A stretch of 64,000 nucleotides of DNA from an uncultured Candidatus Saccharibacteria bacterium (GTDB lineage: Bacteria; Patescibacteriota; Minisyncoccia; Phycocordibacterales; PALSA-1337): the NCBI GenBank assembly GCA_964357605.1, contig CAYHLX010000003.1, positions 1,579-65,578 of the forward strand. Direction: 5' to 3'. This document shows positions 48,018 to 57,867 of this stretch, one piece after another (the first letter of the stretch is position 1; each line of letters begins with the position of its first letter). The notes under the pieces were generated by a model, which was not told the DNA's origin, did no database searches, and saw nothing but the letters and a program-made list of their open reading frames with translations. A program made the translations under genes and the position numbers.

Positions 48018-48135
48018 GAGCCATGTTAGGAAGATTAGCAAGAAAGGTCAAAAAGTTTATCGTTTTTTGGATCTATAAGTTGTTAGACAACATAAATCCA
48101 TAAAAAGTTGACTTTAACCAACAGTTTGCTAGTAT

Positions 48136-48507
48136 TTGAAAGCTTTATTAAATAAAATCATGTCAAGATCCCTCAAAAAAGGTCCATACGTTGAAGAGCG
48201 ACTTCTGAAAAAGATCGCCGGAAAGAAACCTGTTGATACTGGGGTTATTAAGACATGGTATCGCCGAAGCCAGATTGCTCCTGAAATGGTAGGTTTTATC
48301 TTTGGCGTCTACAATGGAAAACAACATATTGAGGTTTTAGTCACCGAGGAAATGGTTGGTCACCGCCTCGGTGAATTTTCGCCTACGAGGAAATTCATCA
48401 GACATGGAGGAAAGATGCAGAAGGAGATTGAAATGAAGGCTAAAGAAGCTGAAGTTAATGCCGCTAAGTCAGCCAAGGAAGCGGTCGCGGCTCCAGTTAA
48501 AAAATAA
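48136..48507 (+). CDS. rpsS: 30S ribosomal protein S19 with a Lys/Ala-rich C-terminal extension
   Basis: [16 protein letters not shown]. Confidence 0.9.
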   Translation: MKALLNKIMSRSLKKGPYVEERLLKKIAGKKPVDTGVIKTWYRRSQIAPEMVGFIFGVYNGKQHIEVLVTEEMVGHRLGEFSPTRKFIRHGGKMQKEIEMKAKEAEVNAAKSAKEAVAAPVKK

Positions 48508-48512
48508 TTTTT

Positions 48513-48893
48513 ATGATAAAAGCCTCTCTCAAAAATTTTAGACAGTCTCCACGAAAGGTTCGCTCAGTAGCAAACTTGGTTCGTGGCAAGTCAGTCGTTC
48601 AGGCTTTGGATACCCTCAATTTTTTGAGTAAGAAGGCTGCTGATCCTCTATATAGCTTATTGCAATCTGCTGTAGCTAATGCCAAGAATAACCATGGTTT
48701 GGAAAAAGAGGGGCTCATGATCAAAGAACTCCGAGTGGATGTTGGTGATGTTCTAAAACGTCGAATGCCTAGAGCTCGGGGAAGTGCTTATCCAATCAAC
48801 AAGCGTACCAGCCACGTTCTTTTGGTTTTGACTCCAACACCTGAAAAGAAGGCCAAAGGCAGTAAAAATAATAAAAAAGTAGAAAATAAATAA
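48513..48893 (+). CDS. rplV: 50S ribosomal protein L22
   Basis: L22 family. Confidence 0.9.
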   Translation: MIKASLKNFRQSPRKVRSVANLVRGKSVVQALDTLNFLSKKAADPLYSLLQSAVANAKNNHGLEKEGLMIKELRVDVGDVLKRRMPRARGSAYPINKRTSHVLLVLTPTPEKKAKGSKNNKKVENK

Positions 48894-48897
48894 TTAT

Positions 48898-49596
48898 ATG
48901 TCACACTCCGTACACCCATATTCACACAGATTAGGCATCATACGAGACTGGAAAAGTCGCTGGTTCGGAGTGAACAAATCATACAGAACAGCTCTCAAGG
49001 CCGACCTGCTCATTCGTCAGTTTCTAGTAAAGGAATTGAGAACATTTTATCTATCCGATGTTCAAATAGAGAGAAATCAAAAAGCTTTAAGAGTTATTAT
49101 TAGAACTTCACGTCCTGGTATGATTATCGGTAGAAGTGGTGATGGAGCCGTGAAACTTAGAGAAAAGATCTTTAGACTTTTGAAAAAGAATGATATTACT
49201 CTTGCTGGCCAGGAACTAAAAATTGATATCGAGGAAGTACGAAATCCAGAATCAAACGCGGCGATTGTTGCAATGATGGTGGCTGAAGGTCTAGAAAAAA
49301 GACTGCCTTTCCGTCGAGTTTTGAAACAAACTCTAGAAAAGGTTCTAGCTAGTAGGGAAGTGAAAGGAGCCAAGATCAAGCTCTCCGGACGTCTTGGTGG
49401 GGCAGATATGGCGCGTCAAGAAGATCTCAAAAAAGGACAGATTCCTTTACAGACTCTGAGAGCAGATATAGACTTTGCTCGTGAAAAGGCTCACATGACC
49501 TACGGAGACATCGGGATCAAGGTCTGGATTTACAAAGGTCAGATTTTTGAAAAAGATTTGAAAGCAGCGGCTAACACCGGAGTAAACCGTTCATAA
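48898..49596 (+). CDS. rpsC: 30S ribosomal protein S3
   Basis: KH domain plus S3-C domain. Confidence 0.95.
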   Translation: MSHSVHPYSHRLGIIRDWKSRWFGVNKSYRTALKADLLIRQFLVKELRTFYLSDVQIERNQKALRVIIRTSRPGMIIGRSGDGAVKLREKIFRLLKKNDITLAGQELKIDIEEVRNPESNAAIVAMMVAEGLEKRLPFRRVLKQTLEKVLASREVKGAKIKLSGRLGGADMARQEDLKKGQIPLQTLRADIDFAREKAHMTYGDIGIKVWIYKGQIFEKDLKAAANTGVNRS

Positions 49597-49607
49597 TTTT
49601 TAATATC

Positions 49608-50039
49608 ATGTTATTTCCTAAAAAAGTAAAATTCAGAAAGTGGCACACCGGACGTAAGAATGCGAAAAAGCTGGCTTCGGCTGTAGAAACGAGAGGCGTG
49701 TCTCTAGCTTTCGGTTCCTATGGTTTGAAGGCTATGGTCTACGGTAGACTCACTTCCAATGAGATAGAAGCGGCTAGAAAGGTTATGGCGCGTTATGCGA
49801 CTAAGTCTGGAAAGGTTTGGGTCCGCGTTTTTCCTGATAGACCTTTTACCCAGAAGCCTCCTGAAGTTAAGCTTGGAAAAGGAAAGGGAGACCCAGTAGG
49901 ATTTGTGGCTCCAGTTAAGGCAGGACGCATTCTCTTTGAAATTGACGGAGTTGATGATAAGGTAGCAGCTGAGGCCTTGAGAAAGGCTGGAACCAAGATA
50001 TCCGTGAAGACTAAGATTGTTAATCGAAATATCCTATAA
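49608..50039 (+). CDS. rplP: 50S ribosomal protein L16
   Basis: MLFPKKVKFRKWHTGR. Confidence 0.95.
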   Translation: MLFPKKVKFRKWHTGRKNAKKLASAVETRGVSLAFGSYGLKAMVYGRLTSNEIEAARKVMARYATKSGKVWVRVFPDRPFTQKPPEVKLGKGKGDPVGFVAPVKAGRILFEIDGVDDKVAAEALRKAGTKISVKTKIVNRNIL

Positions 50040-50049
50040 AACCACTATT

Positions 50050-50253
50050 ATGAAAGAATACAAGGATAAAACAATACAGGATCTAGGGAAACTTATCGCA
50101 GAGAAGCGAGAGGCGGTGAGGGCGTTTAGATTTGGCTCAACTGGTAGTAAGACCAAGAACGTTAAGTTGGGAAAAACTCTCAAGAAAGAAATCGCTAGAA
50201 TTATGACAGAACTTTCTTTGAGAAAGGCAGATACAATGTCAAAAGCAAAATAA
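50050..50253 (+). CDS. rpmC: 50S ribosomal protein L29. The start was moved from the track's 50017 to Met at 50050.
   Basis: MKEYKDKTIQDLGKLIAEKREAVRAFRF. Confidence 0.85.
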   Translation: MKEYKDKTIQDLGKLIAEKREAVRAFRFGSTGSKTKNVKLGKTLKKEIARIMTELSLRKADTMSKAK

Positions 50254-50256
50254 TTT

Positions 50257-50520
50257 ATGGAAAAAAATACAGAACAAAAGAATATCGCTACCCCAAAGAG
50301 ACAGGTTCTTTCTGGTATTGTCGTATCTGACAAAATGAAAGACACTGTTGTGGTGCTTGTGGAACGCTATGTAAAAAACCCAAAATATCAAAAATTTGTC
50401 ACTCTCCGTAAGCGCTACAAGGTTCATGATGCTGGTAATACCAAGAAAGTAGGGGAGAAGGTGCAGATTGAGTCTTGCCGACCAATCTCGAAGCACAAGT
50501 CATTTAAGATTTTGGCTTAA
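50257..50520 (+). CDS. rpsQ: 30S ribosomal protein S17
   Basis: S17 family. Confidence 0.9.
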   Translation: MEKNTEQKNIATPKRQVLSGIVVSDKMKDTVVVLVERYVKNPKYQKFVTLRKRYKVHDAGNTKKVGEKVQIESCRPISKHKSFKILA

Positions 50521-50531
50521 TATTTAATAAT

Positions 50532-50903
50532 ATGATTCAACCACGCTCAATAGTACGAATAACTGACAACTGCGGTGCCAAGATAGGCCGAATTTTCAAA
50601 GTGCTTGGCAGCTCAAAAAAGCGTTACGCTGAACTTGGAGATCTTGTGGTACTTTCTGTCCAAAAAGCTGAACCTCGCAAAGCCATCAAAAAGAAAGATG
50701 TTCTGCAGGCTGTGGTTGTAAGACAGGTCAAGGCTTTTCGCCGAAAGGATGGTTCATACATTAGATTTGATGAAAACGCTGTCGTGATTTTGGAAAAGGG
50801 TAAGAAGGAGCCTATTGCTGGACGTATTTTTGGTCCAATCCCTCGAGAGCTTTCAGAAAAAGGTTTCCAGACCATTGCCTCTAGGGCACCAGAAATAGTA
50901 TAA
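50532..50903 (+). CDS. rplN: 50S ribosomal protein L14
   Basis: MIQPRSIVRITDNCGAK. Confidence 0.95.
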   Translation: MIQPRSIVRITDNCGAKIGRIFKVLGSSKKRYAELGDLVVLSVQKAEPRKAIKKKDVLQAVVVRQVKAFRRKDGSYIRFDENAVVILEKGKKEPIAGRIFGPIPRELSEKGFQTIASRAPEIV

Positions 50904-50909
50904 AATATC

Positions 50910-51155
50910 ATGACCATAAAAAAAGATGACAATGTAATAGTGATTGCCGGAAAAGATAAGGGAAAGACTGGTAAGGTCACAAAATCAATGCCAAAGACTA
51001 GCCAAGTTCTAGTTTCGGGTATTAATATGGCCAAGAAGCATCAGAAACCTCGTCAGAAAGGTCAGAAAGGTCAAATGATTGAAATGGCGATGCCGATTCA
51101 TGTTTCCAATGTGAGACTTGAAAGTGTAAAGAAAGAAAAGAAAGTTAAGAAATAA
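50910..51155 (+). CDS. rplX: 50S ribosomal protein L24
   Basis: KOW motif IKKDDNVIVIAGKDKGKTGKV. Confidence 0.9.
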   Translation: MTIKKDDNVIVIAGKDKGKTGKVTKSMPKTSQVLVSGINMAKKHQKPRQKGQKGQMIEMAMPIHVSNVRLESVKKEKKVKK

Positions 51156-51159
51156 AAAC

Positions 51160-51729
51160 ATGAAAGCCATTACACCAAAGACAACTTACGAACTAAACAA
51201 GGATTCATTTAAAGCGCTGAAGGGGCAATTTGGCTGGAAAAATAACATGCAAGCTCCTCAATTAAAGAAAATTGCGATTTCTACAGGTATCGGTTCACTC
51301 AAAGACAAGAAAAAGATTGAACTTATTTCAGACCGACTCTCAAAGATCACTGGACAGAAGCCGGCTATTAGGGGTGCTAAAAAATCTATCGCTTCATTTA
51401 AGGTGAGAACAGGTGATCCTGTAGGATACCAGATTACTCTACGAGGAAAGAGAATGTACGATTTTGTTGATCGTTTGATTCACATCGCTCTGCCTAGAAC
51501 CAAGGACTTCCGTGGGATCTCACGCACAGCTGTAGATCAGATGGGTAACTACACATTAGGAGTTAAGGAGCACACTATCTTTGCGGAAACTTCAGATGAA
51601 GATCTAAGGGATGTCTTTGGCATGGGAATCACCATTGTGACTTCGTCAGAAAAGAAGGACCAAACCATTGCCTTTCTAGAATATTTAGGTTTTCCTTTCA
51701 AGAAGGAGGAGGTGAAGAAGAAGGTATAG
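51160..51729 (+). CDS. rplE: 50S ribosomal protein L5
   Basis: L5 family. Confidence 0.95.
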   Translation: MKAITPKTTYELNKDSFKALKGQFGWKNNMQAPQLKKIAISTGIGSLKDKKKIELISDRLSKITGQKPAIRGAKKSIASFKVRTGDPVGYQITLRGKRMYDFVDRLIHIALPRTKDFRGISRTAVDQMGNYTLGVKEHTIFAETSDEDLRDVFGMGITIVTSSEKKDQTIAFLEYLGFPFKKEEVKKKV

Positions 51730-51764
51730 TTGACTTTGGAAATAGGTTTTGTTAGGATTTTAGC

Positions 51765-51854
51765 ATGAAAAAGACTTTCGGCCGTGGCCTTAAAACCACA
51801 CTTAGCGGAAGGCCTTTTTCTTTTCAGGTTAGTTTTCAGGAAATACCGACATAA
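51765..51854 (+). other. Speculative 29-codon leader ORF (MKKTFGRGLKTTLSGRPFSFQVSFQEIPT) overlapping a terminator-like hairpin in the rplE-rpsZ gap
   Basis: ATG-to-TAA frame read by hand. No family recognised. Confidence 0.15.
51786..51824 (+). terminator. Attenuator or terminator hairpin GGCCTT-(17 nt)-AAGGCC plus TTTTTCTTTT inside the ribosomal-protein cluster
   Basis: Read directly. Confidence 0.45.
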
Positions 51855-51877
51855 TATTTATCATATTTTGTTGATAT

Positions 51878-51900
51878 AGTCAACCCCTTTGACTTTTTTA
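51878..51900 (+). terminator. Second hairpin AGTCAA-cccct-TTGACT plus TTTTTT
   Basis: Read directly. Confidence 0.45.
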
Positions 51901-52024
51901 CCCCAATCCTTTACTATGCTTACTACCTTACAACAGGGAACATATTGAGTGATTGGAAGCACATCGGCCCCCTTGGGGCAGGAAAAGCTAACCAATCCCC
52001 ATTTTATTTGCAAAAATTGCCCAC

Positions 52025-52210
52025 ATGGCCAAAAGATCAGTCACAGCACGATCAAAGAAGACCCCCAAGTTCAAGTCGCGAGTAGTGCGACGTTGTTTTC
52101 GTTGTAGTAGAAAGAATGGCTACATGAGAGACTTCGACCTTTGTCGTATCTGTTTCAGAGAGTTTGCCAATGAGGGCGTTATTCCCGGTATCAAGAAATC
52201 ATCATGGTAA
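52025..52210 (+). CDS. rpsZ: 30S ribosomal protein S14, zinc-binding type Z
   Basis: 61 aa. CxxC...CxxC (RCFRCSRKNGYMRDFDLCRICFRE). Confidence 0.9.
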   Translation: MAKRSVTARSKKTPKFKSRVVRRCFRCSRKNGYMRDFDLCRICFREFANEGVIPGIKKSSW

Positions 52211-52596
52211 CAGACCCTATTTCAAACCTCATTGTTGGAATTAAGAACGCTAGTGACGCTCGCAAAGAGATAGTTACCGTTCCTTACTCTGCTCTCAAAG
52301 AAGCCATTGCTCACGTCCTCGTCAAAGGAGGTTATCTCACAACAGTTGAAAAGAAAGGCAAGAAAACTATTAAGACTCTAGAAATGGGCATCGTCTATTT
52401 CGGCAAAGAACCAAGAATCAATGGTGTAGATAGAATTTCCAAACCATCACGACGCATTTACCAAAAATCAAAAGATATCAGAATGTTTAAGAGTGGATTT
52501 GGAAACACAATTCTCTCTACTCCAAAAGGAATACTTTTAGATGTGGACGCCAAGAAGCATCAGGTCGGAGGAGAGGTTCTCTTTAAAATCTGGTAA
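52204..52596 (+). CDS. rpsH: 30S ribosomal protein S8
   Basis: S8 family. Confidence 0.9.
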   Translation: MVTDPISNLIVGIKNASDARKEIVTVPYSALKEAIAHVLVKGGYLTTVEKKGKKTIKTLEMGIVYFGKEPRINGVDRISKPSRRIYQKSKDIRMFKSGFGNTILSTPKGILLDVDAKKHQVGGEVLFKIW

Positions 52597-52607
52597 AAAT
52601 TAAATAT

Positions 52608-53141
52608 ATGTCACGAATCGCCAAAAAACCAATCCCACTCCCAGCCAAAACCGAAGCAACCTATTCGGGAGGTGCTATTACTATCAAAGGGCCACTAGGT
52701 TCACTGACTAAACAGTTTCGTCCAGAGATTGAAGTGAAAATTGAAAATAATGAAATTACTTTGACTCCAACGCGCCACTCTCTAGATATTATGGCTTTGT
52801 GGGGAACATATGCTTCTCATGTTAGAAACATGTTAGCTGGAGTAAACACTCCATACGAGAAGAAGCTTATTGTTGAGGGTATTGGATTTAAGTCAGAAGT
52901 GAAAGGTAAAGAACTTTTGTTAGCTCTCGGCTTTTCTCATCCTGTAAAAGTAGTGATTCCAGATGATCTAAAGGTGACCGCAGAGAAGAATGTCATTACT
53001 GTTTCTGGGATTGATTGTGAAAAAGTCGGTCAGTTCGTGGCTCAAGTTCGTGCCCTGAAGAAACCTGAACCATACAAGGGAAAGGGTATTCGATATGCCG
53101 ATGAGGTGATCAGGAGAAAGCAGGGTAAGAAATCTGTCTAA
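52608..53141 (+). CDS. rplF: 50S ribosomal protein L6
   Basis: L6 family. Confidence 0.9.
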   Translation: MSRIAKKPIPLPAKTEATYSGGAITIKGPLGSLTKQFRPEIEVKIENNEITLTPTRHSLDIMALWGTYASHVRNMLAGVNTPYEKKLIVEGIGFKSEVKGKELLLALGFSHPVKVVIPDDLKVTAEKNVITVSGIDCEKVGQFVAQVRALKKPEPYKGKGIRYADEVIRRKQGKKSV

Positions 53142-53150
53142 TTTAAATAT

Positions 53151-53474
53151 ATGAATACAAGCAAGTTAAAACAAATGAAAATCGCCCGAAGGCACAAGAG
53201 AATCAGAGCTACTATCTCTGGTACGGCAGAAAAGCCACGTCTTTCAGTTTTTCGTTCTAACAAATTTATCTACGCTCAACTTATCGATGATGTGAAAGGA
53301 CACACTTTTGTTGAAGCTCATGATGTAGATGCTAAGACTGTAGGGGTAGAGATTGCCAAGAAAGCAAAAAAAATAAAGCTAGAGAAAGTCGTCTTTGACA
53401 GAGGAGGATATCTCTATACAGGCAAGATTAAGGCGGTAGCCGATGCGGCACGTGAAGGTGGTCTGAAATTTTAA
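53151..53474 (+). CDS. rplR: 50S ribosomal protein L18
   Basis: L18 family. Confidence 0.9.
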   Translation: MNTSKLKQMKIARRHKRIRATISGTAEKPRLSVFRSNKFIYAQLIDDVKGHTFVEAHDVDAKTVGVEIAKKAKKIKLEKVVFDRGGYLYTGKIKAVADAAREGGLKF

Positions 53475-53485
53475 TTACAAATATC

Positions 53486-54085
53486 ATGGAAAAAGAAGAA
53501 AAGAAAATTGAAGAAGTAAAAATCCCAGAGGCGGCTAAGCCCCAGAGTTTTCCTGCAAATAATGCTAGGAGACCAGGCAGACGTCCACAGAGGCAGGATA
53601 AGGAGCGTATCAAGCCAGAATTTGATACCAAAATCATTGCTATCAGACGTGTGACTCGTGTGGCTTCAGGAGGACGAAGATTTACTTTCTCTGTTGCTGT
53701 AGTGTCTGGTGATCGTAAGGGAAGAGTGGGTGTAGGCTTAGGAAAAGCGGGAGATACTTCTCTGGCTATTGATAAGGCGACTCGACATGCTAAGAAGAAT
53801 ATGATCAAGGTCACTCTTTCTCCGGCGATGACTATTCCTCATGCTATACAGACAAAATTCTCTAGTGCCATCGTCATGCTTATGCCGGCTAAGGGAAGAG
53901 GGGTGGTGGCCGGTAGCTCGGCTCGAAATGTGATAGAGCTGGCTGGGATCAAGGACATTTGTGTCAAACTTCTTTCTGGAAGTAAGAATAAACTAAACAT
54001 TGCTCGAGCTACGATCAAAGCTCTGTCCATGCTCTCAAAGCATTCTAGAAGTGTATTGATACCTTCTCAGAAAATAGTTAAATAA
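53486..54085 (+). CDS. rpsE: 30S ribosomal protein S5 with an N-terminal extension
   Basis: dsRBD-like plus S5 C domain. IRRVTRVASGGRRF. Confidence 0.9.
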   Translation: MEKEEKKIEEVKIPEAAKPQSFPANNARRPGRRPQRQDKERIKPEFDTKIIAIRRVTRVASGGRRFTFSVAVVSGDRKGRVGVGLGKAGDTSLAIDKATRHAKKNMIKVTLSPAMTIPHAIQTKFSSAIVMLMPAKGRGVVAGSSARNVIELAGIKDICVKLLSGSKNKLNIARATIKALSMLSKHSRSVLIPSQKIVK

Positions 54086-54092
54086 TACTGCC

Positions 54093-54536
54093 ATGCAAAT
54101 AAATAATCTTATACCAAAAACCAAGAACAAGAAGACCATGATCGTAGCTCGTGGAGGCAAGCGAGGGAAGACTGCTGGACGAGGTGGAAAGGGTCAGACC
54201 GCCAGAGCTGGTAACAAGCGTCGACCAGAGCTCAGAGACTTTATCAAAAGAATTCCCAAGCTTCGTGGCCGTGGAGTTAGTCCTCACAAGTCTATTGAAA
54301 CTAAACCTGTCGCGATAAATATTGGCGTGATTGATGCTATAGTAAAGGCCGGAGCCATTGTCACCCCTCAAACTCTTATAGAAATGAAAATCATCTCTAC
54401 CTTTGAAGGAAAGATTCCTCAGGTTAAAATACTAGGTGGAGGAGAGATCACAAAGAAGATCTCCGTAGATAATTGCCAGGTTTCAAAAGAAGCTAAGGAG
54501 AAGATCGAGAAAGTGGGTGGTTCAGTCAAGATATAA
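54093..54536 (+). CDS. rplO: 50S ribosomal protein L15. No rpmD/L30 lies between rpsE and rplO.
   Basis: L15 family. Gly/Arg-rich N-terminus. Confidence 0.9.
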   Translation: MQINNLIPKTKNKKTMIVARGGKRGKTAGRGGKGQTARAGNKRRPELRDFIKRIPKLRGRGVSPHKSIETKPVAINIGVIDAIVKAGAIVTPQTLIEMKIISTFEGKIPQVKILGGGEITKKISVDNCQVSKEAKEKIEKVGGSVKI

Positions 54537-54551
54537 GTTTTAGTTAAAATT

Positions 54552-55823
54552 ATGAATACATTTTTTCAAAAAGTAGGTATAGTTCTCAAGGACCCTATCA
54601 TGCGAAGACGTATAGTTTTTGCTCTAGGAGCCTTAGTGGTTTTTCGCTTACTTTCAAATATTCCGATCCCTGGAGTTGATATTGCCAATCTAGAAAGACT
54701 GCTTGCTGGCAACCAGTTTCTAGGTCTCCTAGACATCTTTTCTGGAGGAGGTATTTCTTCTCTCTCTATCATGATGCTAGGAGTCGGACCATATATCACT
54801 GCTTCCATCATCATTCAGTTATTGACAATGATGTTCCCAAAAATCAAAGCGATGATGCAAGAAGAGGGTGAAGCGGGTAGACAAAAATTGTCTCAATACT
54901 CAAGATTGCTCTCTATTCCTTTGGCCGCACTTCAAGCTTTTGGATTCTTGGCCCTTCTAGCAAGTCAGAATGTCCTTCCTCAACTAGGAGGGATGGATTT
55001 AATTACAAACATTGTAGTTATTACGGCAGGCTCAGTACTCTTGATGTGGATCGGTGAACTGATCTCTGAGTTTGGTATTGGAAACGGAGTCTCCCTCATT
55101 ATCTTTGCTGGTATCGTGGCCGTCCTTCCTACCAGAATCTTCCAGTTCCTGGCCGGCTTCGATGCTTCACAGATTCCTTTATATCTTATCTTCCTTTTAG
55201 TAGCTATTGTAGTAGTGATTGCAGTGGTGGTGGTTACCGAAGCCTAAAGACCGATCTCGGTGACTTATGCCAAGCAGGTGAGGGGGAACAAAGTGTATGG
55301 AGGAGTTTCTACTTATCTCCCACTACGCCTTAACCAAGCTGGAGTTATTCCAATCATCTTTGCTCTTTCTATCCTACTTTTCCCTCAGATTATCGCTAAT
55401 TTCTTAGCTAATGTTTCCAATCCTATGATTGCCGATGTTTCTGCGTCTATTGCCGCCTTTCTCAATAATCAGTGGTTCTACGGACTGGCCTATTTCTTCC
55501 TGGTCTTTATCTTCACTTATTTTTATACTGCCGTTACCTTTGATCCAAAGATGATTTCTGAAAATCTCCAGAAGAGCGGCGCGTTTATTCCGGGGGTTCG
55601 TCCTGGAGAATCTACCATGACATATCTAGGTAAAGTCGTGACTAGAATTACCTTGGTTGGCGCTATTTTCCTGGGTTTGGTTGCTATTCTCCCTCTTGTG
55701 ATGCAAGGTTTTACTGGAAACCAGACTTTGGCGATCGGTGGTACCGCCCTTCTCATCGTCGTTTCTGTAGTTCTTGATCTTTTGAAGAAAGTTGATGCGC
55801 AAGTTTCCATGAGAGAGTATTAA
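54552..55823 (+). CDS. secY: Preprotein translocase SecY, interrupted by an in-frame TAA at 55245..55247. The two halves are in the same frame.
   Basis: N-part ends ...VVVTEA, followed by TAA. The downstream same-frame RPISVTYAKQVRGNKVYGGVSTYLPLRLNQAGVIP aligns with E. coli SecY ...[40 protein letters not shown]. Confidence 0.8.
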
Positions 55824-55849
55824 AATAGCCATTAGAAATTGGTAGATGA

Positions 55850-56464
55850 ATGCGCTATACTGGAGCTATGAAAGCTCAATCTTTTATATTCATCGGCCGT
55901 TCGGGTTGTGGGAAGGGGACTCAAGCCAAGCTTCTGGTTGATTATTTAAAGACCTTAGATTCATCTCTGAAAACCCTTTATATCCAGACTGGACAAGAGT
56001 TTAGGGATTTTATTAAAGGGGATTCACATACTCAAAAGTTATCAAACCAATTATATTTAGCTGACAAACTTCAACCAGAGTTTTTGTCGGTCTACATGTG
56101 GATCAGAATTTTGATCGGTAACTATGATGGTAAAGGACACCTCATTTTTGACGGCACTCCACGTAGAAAACATGAGGCAGGTGTACTAGGCTCTATTATT
56201 AATTTTTATAATCTCCCTAAACCTTTTGTGATTCTGCTTGATGTGAGTGAGAATTGGTCTCGAGAGAAACTCTTAGCTCGTCATCGGATGGACGATAAAG
56301 AGGAAGATATAGAAAAAAGATTGGCTTGGTTCATGACTGACGTAGTTCCTGCTATTGAATTTTATAAAAACAGTGATGATTACCACTTTATTCAGCTAAA
56401 TGGTGAACAGTCTATTGAGAGTGTCTACCGAGATCTAATTGAGAGGATAAAGTCTTTAATATGA
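55850..56464 (+). CDS. adk: Adenylate kinase-like nucleotide kinase (divergent). The start is probably Met at 55868.
   Basis: P-loop FIGRSGCGKGTQA. Position between secY and map. Confidence 0.65.
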   Translation: MRYTGAMKAQSFIFIGRSGCGKGTQAKLLVDYLKTLDSSLKTLYIQTGQEFRDFIKGDSHTQKLSNQLYLADKLQPEFLSVYMWIRILIGNYDGKGHLIFDGTPRRKHEAGVLGSIINFYNLPKPFVILLDVSENWSREKLLARHRMDDKEEDIEKRLAWFMTDVVPAIEFYKNSDDYHFIQLNGEQSIESVYRDLIERIKSLI

Positions 56465-57231
56465 TTCAGTTAAAAGAAAAAGAAGACATAAAGATTCTCC
56501 GTGAAGGAGGTAAAATTCATGCCAAGATCATGGTAGATCTGGCGTCCATGATTCGTCCAGGACTGGTGACTAGTGAAATAAATGAGATGGCAGAACGACT
56601 TATAAAATTTGCTGGAGATAAATCAGCGATCCTCGATTTTCATCCTTACGGAGCACCCCGCCCTTTTCCTGCTAGTATCTGTATTTCAGTCAACGACGAA
56701 GTTGTGCACGGTATACCGAATGAAAATCCTCTAACTCTCAAAGAAGGTGATATTGTCGGTCTGGATTTCGCTCTCTCACACAAGGGTATGATCACTGATA
56801 TGGCCGTAACTGTTCCTGTGGGAGAAATAAGTCCTGAAGTGGATAATCTCCTCAAAATAACCAAAGCGGCTCTTCTGGCGGGAATTAAGGCTGCTAAGGT
56901 AGGCAAAAAAGTTGGTGATATCAGCTCGGCCATAGAATTGGTTGGTTTAGCTCACAAATATGGGGTGGTAGAAGAACTAGCTGGTCACGGGGTAGGTTTT
57001 CATGTTCATGAAGAACCTTATGTGCCAAATTATGGAGAGCCGGGAAAGGGAGCGATTTTAAAAACGGGGATGGTGTTGGCGATAGAGCCCATGTTTAATC
57101 TGGGTTCTCGATACGTGACTCTCGATAAAGATGGCTATACTTATAGGACTAAAGACGGAAAACCAAGTGCTCATTTTGAACACACTATCCTGATTACGAA
57201 AGGTGAGGCAGAGATTTTAACTCTGATATAA
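56461..57231 (+). CDS. map: Methionine aminopeptidase type I
   Basis: Pita-bread fold motifs. HGIPNE...DIVGLD...GHGVG. Confidence 0.9.
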   Translation: MIQLKEKEDIKILREGGKIHAKIMVDLASMIRPGLVTSEINEMAERLIKFAGDKSAILDFHPYGAPRPFPASICISVNDEVVHGIPNENPLTLKEGDIVGLDFALSHKGMITDMAVTVPVGEISPEVDNLLKITKAALLAGIKAAKVGKKVGDISSAIELVGLAHKYGVVEELAGHGVGFHVHEEPYVPNYGEPGKGAILKTGMVLAIEPMFNLGSRYVTLDKDGYTYRTKDGKPSAHFEHTILITKGEAEILTLI

Positions 57232-57240
57232 TACAAAGAT

Positions 57241-57867
57241 ATGAAAAACAAGAAACAAAATGACAATCATCCTAAGCATGAGAGAACACTGGTTATCATT
57301 AAACCAGATGGTATACAGAGAAGTTTGATGGGAGAAATCATTGGACGTTACGAACGCATTGGCTTGAAATTAACAGCTATAAAAATGATGGTACCGACCA
57401 TTGAACTTATAGAACAACACTACACTCTTGATCCTGAGTGGTTTCAGAAGACAGGAGAGAAGAATCTAAAAGCGTACAAAGACAAAGGACTCATACCTCC
57501 ACACAATAATCCTATCGATCAATCAAAAATGATCTTAGAGAAATTGAAAAAGTACATGGTCAGTGGACCAATTATTGTCATGGTCTGGGAGGGGGCACAT
57601 GCGGTAGCGATCGTGAGAAAGATTACTGGTAGTACAGAACCACTAACATCTGATGTTGGAACTATCAGAGGTGACTACCTACTAGATTCATATAAAGTTG
57701 CAGATGATGATTTGAGAGCAATTCGCAATCTGGTCCACGCTTCTGGCTCGGTTAAAGAAGCCGAAGATGAGATCAAACACTGGTTTTCTCCTGCGGAGAT
57801 TATCAAATATACTCATATCCAAGAGAAGATTTTGTACGATGTCAATCTCGACGGAATTCTAGAATAG
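57241..57867 (+). CDS. ndk: Nucleoside diphosphate kinase (long form with an insertion)
   Basis: ERTLVIIKPDG and NLVHASGS, which corresponds to NxxHGSD. Confidence 0.75.
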   Translation: MKNKKQNDNHPKHERTLVIIKPDGIQRSLMGEIIGRYERIGLKLTAIKMMVPTIELIEQHYTLDPEWFQKTGEKNLKAYKDKGLIPPHNNPIDQSKMILEKLKKYMVSGPIIVMVWEGAHAVAIVRKITGSTEPLTSDVGTIRGDYLLDSYKVADDDLRAIRNLVHASGSVKEAEDEIKHWFSPAEIIKYTHIQEKILYDVNLDGILE

